Source: Macrostomum lignano | Taxonomy: Eukaryota | Assembly: GCA_002269645.1 (NCBI GenBank) | Contig: NIVC01000094.1 | Span: 558,001-622,000, forward strand | Direction of reading: 5' to 3' | Length of the DNA stretch: 64,000 nucleotides | Shown here: positions 13,300 through 25,929 of the stretch, piece by piece | Layout: each line of letters opens with the position of its first letter | Numbering within the stretch: the first letter of the stretch is position 1 | Position numbers and translations under genes: made by a program | The notes under the pieces: generated by a model | Told to the model about the DNA's origin: nothing | Database searches by the model: none | The model's input: only the letters and a program-made list of their open reading frames with translations

Positions 13300-16200
13300 G
13301 TATACTTGTAAAAGGCGAAACTTGATGTAGGAACAAAAGATAAAATAAACAGTAGATCCAATGCTAATAGGATTCCTGGATGCTAAGGGAAATTCAGATA
13401 CATTTTATGGCTAAAAACCTTGACACCAGGGGTAATGTATTTTTAAGGGCTGCTATTTTTTAACCAATAGGCTCACATCTTTACTTTTTATTCAATGAAA
13501 TGCGCCTAGACAAATGCTAACCCCATCCCTTCAAGTTTGTGGGAATTAAGGCCCCCGAAATCCATGTTCTATAAACTTGATTCTTAATGCTCCACTTCCT
13601 TTAAAGCCAAAAAATCTGAGCACAACATGCTTGCAATTGCTCAAGCACCCCTGCCTTTCCTCAAGATGTGCCATATATTGTCCCATCTTTAACTCCCTCC
13701 CTTCATTTATGAGTTACAAGCCTACAAACCCAAGTATTTTTGACTCTTCAAACTAAAACATCTGTTCTCCAGTCCATCTAAAGCCCTCTCAAATTTAAAC
13801 AATATGCTCAATTGTTATGCCTCATTCCTCTGCCTTTCCTCAGAACACAACTGTCTCTAATTCCTTCCCGATATTAATGAGCAAAAATCCTGCACCAACA
13901 CAAAACCCATGACTAGTTCCAAATATTTTCCTTATATCAAAGCAACTATTCTATATTGAGATTATCAACTTTCTAACTCTGATTTGAACCAAATATTTGG
14001 TTGATTGGATTTGATTCTAAATATTCTGAATATTCATTGAATCTCTAGTCTAGTCATATATATAGGCCTATTTGTTATCTTTATATATATACCATATTGT
14101 CTTATTTTTTATGAAGTTAATTAATATACTAGTAGTTTGATATAATAAAATGGTATACATAAAATCTATAGATATTGCATAAAATGATGATTTGAGGTTT
14201 TGGCATATTGAGGTTATATCTTAAATAATAGTCTAGACCAATGTACATGGTTTACTAGAAAGTGTTTATGGTTAGCAATGCTAACCATTTGCTAACCATT
14301 GAGATTAAACACAGTACTCTTTTAAAAAGGTTTTTAAGTTAAATCTTTTAGATAGACCATATACAAGCTTTTTAGACTTTAGATGTTACAACTTCTTTAT
14401 AGTTTCTATAAAGAATTTTAAATAAAAAACTAAATAGTATTTATAAGATAAAAATACCAAAAAATAAACATTAAAAATCTAGTAAATATATTAACTTGCT
14501 AGCAAATCTTATTATTCAGATAATTGATTTTTTGCCATTTAACTATTTTAGTCATAGACATTTTGCTTAGACTTTGTAGTCTATATAGATCATTTTGCCC
14601 CAAAGCAAAATCAACCATAGAATAGTTTGGCCATATTAATTAAAAATTAATAGATTCAAACAAGCTAAAATAGTAACGATATACATAGTAGCAACTCTAC
14701 TGAGATTTTGAAAGTTGCACTATGGTAATTTTTGCCAAAACACTCTTAGTTTTATTAATATTTTTATTAAACTTTTTTACTTAGGCTGACCAATTTCTAT
14801 GTCCAATATATCATTTTTTAGCTTTTCTATTTCTAATCTGTTGATAAGAAAAGGTACAGGTCACATTGGCAAAAAGAAAATTTAGTAAGTCATTTTGGAA
14901 AAAGTCAGTTCAATGAAAGTCATTTCAGAGATCAGAGATTCAGAGAAAGTCAGTCATAAAAAGTTATAATAAAACATCTTTAAACAAACAAATTACAATT
15001 GTATTATGCTATTGATATCTAGGATATTTATTTAGGATAGTTTAGTATATTAAAAGTTATTTCTTAACTGAAAAAACAAAGCTAATTTACTAAAAAAGTA
15101 AAATGATATAGTCTATCAAAAATTATAAAAATATTTAATAAAAAAATTGGTTAAAAGTTGAAAAAAGTTTAATAAATGTCTTTAGAATTTTATATTTAAT
15201 TTTGTTAGAAATTATCATTTGTGTTTAATCAAAAATAAAGAAACTTTAATTTTTGTGAATATCACGATTTTAATATGGTTTTTTCATAAAGAAAATAATA
15301 TAATTTATTATAATCCCAATGAAGACCAGAAATTTATTTATAAAGTTTTTATCTATGAAATTTTGGCAATCCTTTACTTTTGCACATTTAATTATTTTTT
15401 TAAATAATGACTTTTTTAATTACTGCAAGTAAATATTTGAACTTGCGTAAAGGTAAGATGTCTACTAGTTTAAGGTGGCCAAAACCTACTATTGCTCTGC
15501 TATTTAAGTTTTGGCCATAGACAATTGCTCCTTGTTTTTTTGAAAAGGCAGTAAGACAAAAAGGATAGGTGTTGCATTCTTTGGTATATGCATGCTAGTG
15601 GAGTGGTTAACTCTATTATTGATTTTTATTACTAGCCTATGACCACCCCTCTCTATCAGTCTTTTCCCATGTATGCACTTGTGAGGATGGCTACATACTT
15701 GTAGACTGCCCAGCTAGACATACTAAATATATATGAGTCAGGAAGCCACTGGCCCGAGCACCTTTCTCTTTCTTAGTTGTTTGAAGATAGAATCTCAGAG
15801 TCTCAGAACATAATTGTTATTTTTACAACAATGGGTATTCTGAGAGATTTATTGCCTTGCTTGTTTTCTTATCAATCTTGAACAATAACTATTGTGCAAT
15901 CATGGCTGGATACCCTATAGTACCCACTAGTATAATTCCAATTGCAGATATTCAACCTGCAGCAAACCTTATATAACTTATACCTAACAATGTGTAAGCT
16001 TACTTATAGCCACCAACATGCCCACAATGCTGGACTCAGGCCTCAATCCAAAAAGGGTCCATTTTTGAGTCTAGCCATCTGCCTTTGACCCAGAAAATTA
16101 ATATTATATACTAGTAGGCAACGTAGGCCAAGCAAGAAGACACCTAGTAACAATATGAAAATATTACTATTTAGACCATTATGGATTGGCAAAACTTTAT

Positions 16201-17650
16201 TTACAATATCTATAGTTAGTATCTGCAAGATTATCTACTGCAGCTAGAGCTAGGAGGGCTTAGTGTCAATGTTAAAATCAATGAAAGCTATTTCTTTTAT
16301 TGCAAATAGGCCCTGCTATCAAGGCCAATGTTGGCTAGACCAGTAAGTTTAAAGTATAATCAAATTGCACTCTAACTGCTGCACAATGGTGGCCATACTA
16401 GATTGTAGTGCAACTAGCATCTTGCCCCGAGTGCAATAGTACATGCTGCCTGGGATTATAGATACAAGTAGCAAGCATACAATCAGCTGCCTAACTATCT
16501 AACAATTAACTACTAGCTGCATTTTATTGACCCCAACAACTTAAATATTTATATTAATACAATTAAGGACATATGAGCCTATGCTAAGACCTATTTTAAG
16601 GCTATTTATGGCATATCCAAGGCCCTGTTCAATATCCACCTAGATGAGTTTCTATAGCATTATTGCTACTTGTGCAACACCTTCAGCAACATTTTTCTGG
16701 GTGATACACTATTATAATACCTAATACAACCAAACATGATATAATAAACTTGCTAACTATTATTAAACTTTTATTGAAACTTTGTTCAAAATTTATTAAT
16801 GTTACATTTATAATATATAATTAAATCTGCAAAAGTAAAAGATTGCCAATTTTTTTATTTTCTTTCTAGTTTATTATATTTGCTTTTAAACTCTAATATA
16901 ATCCATGGTCAAGGTGCGCCATGTGCGCCGCAACAAATCCTTTATAATTTTTTAACTGTGCACCATGCGCCAAAAAATTTATGTATTACATTGACATATG
17001 GCGCACAATAAATTTTCTTCTGCGCCATTTGCACTGTGTATGCCAAAAATCCTTTGTGTGTACCACAATTTTGTATGAAATCTATCACCTTCCTGATTGT
17101 AGGATATAATTATATTGCAAATTTAGTCATTTGCAAAAACTTTTTAAAATATATTTTATTTAGATATTTGCAAGTTTTAGGACCTTTATTGAAATATTTA
17201 CAATATAAGATATAAACTAAAAATTGATATACTTTGCTTTATTCTAATAATATTCTTAATTAATAAACCTCAATAACAATATTATTATATTTAAGTTATA
17301 TAGAGCATACCTAGGCCGAAGCAAAAATCTATTCTTATTATAGCATTATATAGGCTTAGATATTTTAGAGGAAAAAATTAGGCCTACAGTCCCTACACCA
17401 AACAAAATTAGCAATATAATAGGAAAGATAATAAAATACAAAACAAATAGAATAATAGATATTAAGATGTGATATAAAATATGTGTAGCCCCTAGCTGCT
17501 AAGCTAGGCTAGGGCCAAGGCCTAGGTAGGCCTAAACTAATCTAAAATTAGGCCCTAATTATTTTTTTAACAATCAATTTGCAATATAATAAGGGCCTTA
17601 TCAAGGAAAATAGATTGATATTCAAGATATCCAAAGATCATTAGGAATGA
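13300..17650. other. AT-rich, CpG-depleted island of degenerate transposon-derived sequence upstream of, or inside a 5' intron of, CNOT2
   Basis: About 9 CpG counted by eye in 13321-16860, versus about 30 in the AT-rich 18841-19560. It contains a recognisable Merlin transposase relic. Confidence 0.75.
16019..16730 (+). pseudogene. Merlin (IS1016/ISXO2-like, DDE) transposase relic, heavily transition-mutated
   Basis: One frame 16019-16309 reads CPQCWTQASIQKGSIFESSHLPLTQKINIIY**AT*..TIMDWQNFIYNIYS*YL..LGGLSVNVKINESYF. After small indels it continues ILDCSATSILPRVQ*YMLPG..K*QAYNQLPNYLTINY*LHFIDP..INTIKDI*AYAKTYFKAIYGISKALFNIHLDEFL*. This matches family motifs SIRxGSxF, YWW, VDWxNF, GGPGxxVEIDES, VPDRSA, DEWRAY, TVNHSxxFVDP, NTIEGxW and HLDEFxWR (recalled, not searched). 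Confidence 0.88.
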
Positions 17651-20365
17651 AAAGTTTTGCATCCTCCACTGCACAGTGCACAGTCTAGATCATACATAGA
17701 CTGGTATATCTGTTGCTTGCTTGCTATAGTTGGCATTGGATTGGACACTGGCAACGATAAAAAAATTGATATAAATATGCTATGTTTCGTTTTATTATTA
17801 TGCCTGCGCTTTATTTTTTCGAATCAGGTGTTTTGGACGGATACAAAAATGTCAGATTATTCTTCAAGAAACCCACACATTTCCAATTAATGCAAAGAAT
17901 TCTTTGGGCTTGGTTTTTGGGGGATTCAGTCTTCCATGACTTGTGATTCTTTTCTTATGTTTATTATCATAAAAATTACTTCTCTAAAACTTGCTTGTTT
18001 AAAATTTCTAACATTTCTATCAGGCTCAGAAATGTTTAGGAACAGACCGTCCAAGCTGCTGGTTGAACAAATAAAGAATCGCTGAATCGCTGATTTTAGA
18101 AAAAATAATTTTTTTGGATTTTTTTAACTTTTAAACAAAACTTACGTTGTCTAGAACAAGAAATAGATTGAAATAGTTTCGTAGCAGAAGATTTAAAATT
18201 TTTGCATTTATTTACCACTATGCCAAGAAACAAATTTGTTTCTAATTGCTCCTACTCGTACGCCGATTTGATGATTAACTTTTCAACACTACATTCAGAA
18301 TATATTGTTGCAATTATTGATTATACTTAAGGAATCTTACAGCTACTGCTAACTGGGTTTTATAAACGATTGTCTCAAAATAGTGCGAGCAAATTTTGTT
18401 TAAGGGTTTAGTAACTTAATAAGTAGCAAAAATTTTTATGCTGCAAAGCCAGAGCGAGAGACATGGCACAGAGGGCGACGCGCAGATAAATAAGCGGGTG
18501 AGCAAACACCCCCCACCCCACGAAGGGGTAGAGAGGAAGGCGCACAAAGCGGCACAAGTACAGCGCGAGCTGGAGTGGATGGCTAACACCCATTTCACTT
18601 CACTCATAAAGGAGCCCTAAGAGAAATGGAAGGCATTATACCCATTACAATATTGTTACTATTTGCTGTAGTACACAATTATTACCTATCACAGTAATGC
18701 TACTTTTGTACATTTAAGTACATAAAACATGCGATTTGCCTATAGTTCTGTACTACATTTATACTCATAGTATTCCTACACAAGTATGTATGTTATGTAT
18801 GTTTATAACAAGTAGTTAAGTAAAGACCGCTTGGTTTTCCTGAAAGACATGATTTAAGACCATCGGTGACATCGGTCCTAAACTATAGCTCATGAGTATA
18901 AGGAAGTAGAGAACGAAAACGATACCCAAAATATCCTCATTGGAAACAAAGTCGACTAACTAAGGCGGGTAGTCTTAGTTAAGTACAAAATAAACGACGA
19001 TACAAAAAGTACGTTTTAGTTTCTGATACGAGCGTATTTAGATTTGCAACCATAACAGAGTTAAAATCTTTACGTTAGATGAAAACGTATATTTAAGTGC
19101 TGAAATATTTTAATTAAATTTTATACCGTTACAGGTATAGAGATTAGAGATATCCCAATAGTAGCAAACAAGAAAGGCCGTCCCAAAATTAATAAGAAAT
19201 AAAGATGCGCTCTTAGCTAGAAACAGTTAAGCATAACGTGCAACAATAAAAGCGAAGCCAAACAAAAATCGCAGCAATAAAGTTGTAACAAAACGACACA
19301 ACAGGAACATTAATTTTATAAATATAAATAGCTAAAACTTCTTTCGGTCTGATAAATATGCATCAACAACGATAACTTCTAGCATAGCGAAATGCTACTT
19401 CCACATACACTAAGTATCTAAACAGGTAACGCATAATAGAAACAATTTTGACTACCAACTAACGACCAGAAGAGAGCATCGTGCAGCTACAATCAAGCTG
19501 GGCTTAGAGGTGGAGCATACCGTATAATACTTTGCCACGCATTAACGAATAAGCAGACGACCACACGAGTTAAGACAATTTATCTGCTCGCAAGCTGACG
19601 GACAACTTTGATGTTTTTCTATTTCTTCTCTAGAACTCATATACTCAGCAACATTGAAACACGCCACACTTTTCCCCAGTGAGCAGTGTCTCGATCATCG
19701 TCTATCACCTGGCCAACCATTTTGAGATGAAAAAATGCTTGGAAAAAAAACAATGACAACCGGGCGGAAGCTTCAATCCATCCAATTTTCGCCCTCCGAT
19801 CGTCCCAAGTCCCTCCTCACTCAGCCCAACTCTGCATCGCGTGGCGCAAGTTGTGTCACTCAAAAATCAACACTGAGCTGGAATTTACTGCGCACTCTCA
19901 AAGGTGGCGACTTTTTAATGTTGTTGAGTATATAATCCAGAGCAACACTAATAGCTAAAACTAACTTTATGTTTAAGCGGCAACGGCATTAAAAAGCTAG
20001 AATGGATTCGAAGTAATGACAAGGATAATACGGCAAAGTTCAGTCCGCTGTTAAAATTGTTTAAGCAATTGCGCTGCCAGAAAACATGCAAGTGGGACAC
20101 AAAACAATAAAGTAAATTTTAACAAATTAAAAACTAAGAGAAGTACATGCGGACAGCCGATTCGCTATGAGGCCAGTTTTATAGTAAACCTTTTACATTG
20201 TACATTACAGACTCGTATTTTTCGTGTTAATTTACATTATTATTTTATGGTTTTGCACTTCGCTAACAGTCTGACCTATGAACTCGATTTTTTGGTTTGT
20301 TAAAGTCTAAACACATCCTAATTAGATTCGCGATTAAGAGTAAAAAAGTGCGCCACTTGTTGCAT

Positions 20366-20899
20366 TTACGAGCGCACCCCGGATGCAGCATTTTCTGCTA
20401 CAATTGGAGCAGCAGCAGTTGGAGCATCCACAGCAGCAGGTGGAGCGGCGGCAGCTTCTCCGCCATTGTTGACTGCCTGAGGCTGAGCTGCTGCCTTAGT
20501 GGCAGCGGCAGCGGCGGCCACCTCGGTGGAATCGGCCGGCGGCAGGTCGGACTTGGCCACCTGGACGAAGCCAACAAGAAGGTCGCCATCCGCGCCCTGA
20601 GCAGCCACGGCGGCTTTGACCTCGGCCGAGTCGGCGGGCGGAACGTCAGCGCCGTTTACCATTTCGAAATCATCGGTGGCAACATCCCTGACTGCAGCTG
20701 GCGGCTCCGCCGGCGCCTTAGCAGGCGATGTGGACCGCGGCTTCGCCGACGGAGTTTTCTGCTTTTTAGCCGGAGATGGGGCGGCAGGCGGCGGTGGCGG
20801 AGGCTGCGGCCGGGATGCCAGACGGCCGGAGCGGCGCTGCGGCTGGGCGTTGGCCGAGTCGGCAGCGGCGGCGGCGGCGGCAGAACGTTTTCGTGGCAT
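20366..20899 (-). CDS. Intronless 177-aa disordered protein: basic N-terminus with an HMGN-like PQRRSGRLASRP motif, Ala/Pro/acidic C-terminus
   Basis: GC-rich, CpG-rich ORF with the same Ala-rich style as the other genes. ATG at 20899 is preceded by TTTTATAAG|CAAC (possible acceptor). MPRKRS start; internal duplication ADVPPADSAEV/SDLPPADSTEV. Confidence 0.75.
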   Translation of the reverse strand: MPRKRSAAAAAAADSANAQPQRRSGRLASRPQPPPPPPAAPSPAKKQKTPSAKPRSTSPAKAPAEPPAAVRDVATDDFEMVNGADVPPADSAEVKAAVAAQGADGDLLVGFVQVAKSDLPPADSTEVAAAAAATKAAAQPQAVNNGGEAAAAPPAAVDAPTAAAPIVAENAASGVRS

Positions 20900-21394
20900 G
20901 TTGCTTATAAAATCAGCTGATTGCACTTTAAAGCTGAGCTCTATGGCTGAAAGTTGATGAAAACAGCGCATTACTTAAATTTGACTCAAATTCCTAATTG
21001 CTTAACAGCAAAAAGTCAAGCTACTTTGTCAGATTTTTACTGCCCGTACATAAATACTTTTTAGTCGATGAACTGGAATTTAAATGTTGGAATTGCTTTG
21101 CCATTTGTCATTCTAAGTCAAAACTCAAGATGCCAATTTTGAATGCCAGGATGCCAGACTGACATCGGTCAAAAAATATCAGCATCTCTACCTTATGCCT
21201 TAACATTGTTGAGCCTCTCTGATCCACAGAAGATGCAAGTCTACAGATTGCTCAGATTTGAAGATCCTAAGAACCTAATATACTTATATAATTACGAGGC
21301 CAACTCTTCCGTTGGAGGAGAAACGGGAAGAACTCCCATCACCGGAATCCATCAGCTGAATCCTATGACCCAAATCCCATCATTCAAGTCCTCT

Positions 21395-21595
21395 CTAAAA
21401 TCCATCAAATTCCCCTCTGTGAAACAAAACTGTATCAAAATCCTCTCCGTGAAACAGAACTCCATCAAAATTCCCTCCGTGAAACAGAACTCCATCAAAA
21501 TCCTCTCTGTGAAACAGAACTCCATCAAAATCCTCTCCATGAAACTTAAATTCATCAAAATCCTCTCTGTGAAACATATATTCATCAAAATTCAC
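21395..21595. repeat. Short minisatellite, 30-bp unit (AAAATCCTCTCTGTGAAACAGAACTCCATC), about 6 copies
   Basis: Direct reading; KILSVKQNSI periodicity. Confidence 0.85.
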
Positions 21596-24299
21596 TGTTA
21601 AACGAATATCTATCAATATTATCTCCTTCAAGCAAAAATCCATCAACTTAATCAACAGACTCTGTTAAATTGGAGTGTATTAAAAAGGCTTTCTAATTGA
21701 ATGGCTTAAATATATGCAAAGAAAAGGATTCAGTGGTTAGGGTTAGGGTTAGAGCTGCACAGTGCTTCCTGTTGAAAGGCGCCGATAATAAAAAATGGAA
21801 CCAATTGAACAAATTAATTGCAAAATCGATTTTCAGTCAGTCAGTATCAGTCTCAGTTAAAGTTAACAAAATGATTGCGCAATCTAAATCAACCCTCCAA
21901 TACACAGCGGCAGTTAGAAATTGAAGCCCCAAATTTATCTATTGCGTCTTGCAAAAATAAGTACAATCTGCAGAAAGTTAAAAGCATGAAAATCGTTTTT
22001 TGAATGCTGTGCTTTTAGTTTTCATACTTTAAGCAAACAACTTATATCAGCATTGAAAGATCTTTCCAGCAATATAAGTCTCTTCTCTCAAAGTTCAAAA
22101 CTCGAGGAACAGTTTGTTTGAAATTTCCCAGTTTAAAGCATTGAATTTGTGAGTGTACATTCACTGCCTGCTACAGTGAGAGGCTTGCAAGTTCATGTAT
22201 TGAATTTGACTGCCCGCCAGTTAGCAAGGGTCCAAGTGTACACACACAGCCACTTAGAATGCCCCCATCCCCCCACTGGAGAGAAAATGCACTGCCGAGA
22301 TAGGAAAAAGTTGTGGCGCAATCACTCAAAATTGATGCAAATTTTCAGTTCAGAGCAGAAAAAGTGGCCAAAGAAGGTTAAGAAAACAGTTTTCTGCTTT
22401 TTTAACAGACTTAATTTTGAAAATTTCAACATTAAAATAGCCTATTTTTTGCGTAGGAAAATTCTGCATTGATATATATAAGTCCCACATTTGAGTTGCC
22501 AGCTGTTTAGGAGGAGATACATGTTAAACCTGGCCAGTCGATTGATCCACTCAGCTTTAGATATAAGATTGAAATATCCAATAAAATATGAATTTAAAAA
22601 GTACAGAACTTATATTAGATAGCATCTGGCTTGGAAAACTGGGATAGCAATTTGACAACTAGGATGAAAAATTCAAGATCCAAAATTTTAAGCTGATGTG
22701 TTATAAAATACATAGACTAGATAACTACACTTTGGTGCCAAACACTGATTTTAAGCCATATGATAAATGTCTAGTTGTAAGGCTTGTTATATATTAGAAT
22801 GTTATTATTAGTGACTGCAATAAAATTTGCCTTGACACTTTTTTAATAAATATTTTTTATAATTTTGAGGTAGGCCTTGTTATTAAGAAATGTTTTCTCA
22901 GAAAGTGTTGCATTTGAAAGTATGCTAATTAGTTTAAATGCATAAAATATTAGAAATACTGTAAATATTTTAATTTTTTTAAATCACACTAAAAGGGCTT
23001 ATAAATACATGAGCAGCTAGCAGGAGACGAATCAACTTGCCTTGTGCTTGAGACTTGTTCCATTCAAAACCTTGAGCAATACTACTGAGTTAAGTTATTT
23101 AAAAGCATCAAAGCCCCAAGATTGGGAGAAGTTGATCCATTCTTAGAGAACAATATATCCCAATTCATAATCTGAAAAGTCACCTTAGAAGGCAGAAATC
23201 CTACCACAGAGTAGAGTAATCTAGACTCAGGGTCTGAGAAACCTGCCTCAGGCAAAATACCTAGCAAGTAAGCTGTGACCCTCTGATCCTAAGAATTCCT
23301 AGGACTGAATGAATAAAAATTGTTAGAGTAGTATAGAAATAGGGTCGACAGTTCCATAAGACTGCTCAGGCTAGTAGATAAGTACATGCACTACCAGTAG
23401 ATAATTACATATGCTACCAATATAAAAAGTAAACATATAGGCAATAAGTACATTCATGCAACATCTGTAAAAGTACAAATAATATAAAAATCATTATAAC
23501 AACTTGGTGGCTGCTTTTAAAAAAGAAATTTATAGGGAAAGAAGAAACAGCCTTATCACAGCTGGTATCAGAAGTAAGATCATCCCAGAGGATAGAAATT
23601 AGCCCTGGGACAAATTTGTTTTTTTTATTTATATATATTTTAAAGAAGATAGCAAATTTATTGTTTCTTGTTATTTTCAAGTAGTAGTTAATTTTAGGTG
23701 TGAATTTTTTTACAAATTTCTTTTATAATCATATGCATTTTGTTTTTTTGTGGCACAAAATTTTTTGCCCATTGGCTAGAGTATTAGCACCCACTAAAAT
23801 GCAGAATCTATAGTAGAATTAGAATAGAATAATAGTTAAAAATGCAGAATTTGAAGCAAAATGATAAATTGTAAATTTAAAAAAAATAAAGTATAGAAAA
23901 AGGCAAAATATTTGAATCGATCAAAAATAAGTAAATTTCTAAATTGATATATATATCTATGAGTAAAAAATATTTTTATTTAAAAAAATACATTTAGCCT
24001 TTACAGCAATATAACCATATAAAAATAAATTTATAGTATAATATGATTCTACATTACGGCTAGGAATACTAAACTAAACTATAAATAGCAACATATAGGC
24101 CCTATTAGGCTATTAGTAATTAGGCCTACTAAAAGTAATAAATATAGTTTCCTTCATGAATAATATAGCTGATAGGCAAGCACGTAGCCAGGATTCATGT
24201 TAGAGGGAAAAGATAGAGATATAAATCCATCTTCAATAGAAGTGATGGAAGCAAAATATAAAAGCAATAAAAAATCTCTAATGTCCCCCTCTTTGTGTC

Positions 24300-25518
24300 C
24301 ATTGCTACACAGATAGATCCCTAAAAGATGGCTTTTACCATAGTCAGGATCATGTCATTGTATATGCCAGAATAAAAAGTCCCCTAAAAAAATCTATGCC
24401 ACTTCATACTGAAATGTATACCAAGGTCCAAGGAACTTACGCCAGGTTTTCTAGGCTTTGCAACAATAAATGACCTTTTTTGCATGTTACATTTTTAACA
24501 ATAAAAATTTAACAAATGTGTGGTTTTCCTTTAAAGTAAATTGGCTTACAGATAATGCTAACAAAAATCAATTTTTTGTTTAAGTTTTTTTTTAAAAATC
24601 AACACAATTAGTTTGCATGGAATTTTAAATTTTTATAAATCACGAATAGTTATGAACTTTCATCTTTGCTTACTAGTTTTACGGTTTTTATGATTTTATA
24701 ATAAGATTCTGAGGTTACGGCGTTATGCCAACAATTGTTAATATTAACTTTAGCATAAAGGTACGCTGCTTGGCATATTTACGCCACGGCATCACGCCAA
24801 AAGGTACGCCAAATATATTTTGCCTCATTTTTTTATGCCAATTGTATGCCAAAAAAGTAAAATTTTCAATTGTACGCCGGAAATTTCCGGCGTAATGTAC
24901 ATCATCTTGACTATGAGGCCTTTATAGCTTTGGGGTCTGCATCCTCCCCAATGGCTATATGCTAGCTATGCATGCCTAGCACACTGGAAGTCTCTATTAT
25001 CTTTCAGAATGAGGTTCTCACTATTAGCTCCTACATAGCAGTGCTGATTCACTTGCAAAACAAGGAAGTGGCAACTCCCTTCATATATCCTTGCCTTTGG
25101 CTCTGATCTCTGCAGCTATAATCAATTGCAACATTGATACTTGGACCTCTGCCTTGCATAGGGACAGATGGATGAACCTTACTAACTATTGCCAATCTTG
25201 TGCAACAGTCCTTTGTCTATCTTAAAAGCTCAAAACTATTCTTCTGAACCAAAGCAGAAAGGATATCCAAGCTTTTGCTATAACCCTCATTAGCCACAGC
25301 CATAGCTACTTTGCTAGGCACTGCTTTTTCCAGGGTGACATCCAGAATGAACTGTCTCTTGTGGCTATGACAATGAAGATGTACAGCTCTTCGTCTGTGA
25401 ATGTTCATTCTTCACTAGAAAGTGGCTAAACTACCTTGGTCAAAATCTATCTAATGATGATGTTTGCAGACTCAAAAATATCCCACAACTCATCATATTC
25501 CTTTGAGCAACTAGATAA
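24300..25518 (+). mobile_element. 3' relic of a non-LTR retrotransposon (RNase H plus C-terminal CCHC-like zinc knuckle), transition-mutated and split by an insertion
   Basis: YTDRS at 24306 (YTDGS-like); DYEAFIALGS at 24909 (DSxAALxAL-like); one frame 25043-25355 reads ADSLAKQG..RWMNLTNYCQSC..LLNQSRKDIQAFAITLISHSHSYFARH (WxxxxxCRQ, LLxxSRxDIR, LTGHG); CGYDNEDVQLFVCEC at 25360. Confidence 0.72.
24437..24895. mobile_element. About 460-bp non-autonomous insertion in the LINE RNase H, with TACGCC subterminal repeats and a terminal perfect 22-bp palindrome
   Basis: Ends are TTACGCC (24437) and GGCGTAA (24895). Palindrome TACGCCGGAAA|TTTCCGGCGTA at 24873-24894. RNase H motifs lie on both sides. 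No clear TSD. Confidence 0.5.
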
Positions 25519-25929
25519 GCCTCTTTCTTCTCCAATAAAAATGCTGCCCTTCACCATTGCCAAACTGGGTCACCAAGGTTTAGTAGAAAGGGCAGCCTAT
25601 AGACTTGAATTGAAAGCTATTTCAATAAGCCATGGGGATAACTGGAAATTATTGACATAGATCCGTGTGGATAAAATTGGAATTATTGGCATGGGACCGT
25701 GGGGATAAGCACTTCCAATTAATAAATGGAAGAAAAAATGACAAGTGCAAGAATCGCGAAAAAGTTTTAGACCTAGGGCCTGGCAATCTCCTAAATTACT
25801 GCATTAAATTATTTTTCAGTTTTTTAAACTTTTCACTACACTAGGTGACTAGCAGACAAAAATAGAATATTTTTAGACTCATAGAGACGAGCAAGGCATA
25901 AATGCAGTTTCCTGCGTTAAATTATTTTA

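Noticed and set aside
13560-13990. Possible further TE coding relics (also 23000-23300 and 15800-16018)
   Set aside because: They look like decayed coding sequence, but I could not match any family motif. Covered only by the island call.
21736-21753. GGTTAGGGTTAGGGTTAG telomere-like stretch
   Set aside because: Fewer than three units; too short to call an interstitial telomere.
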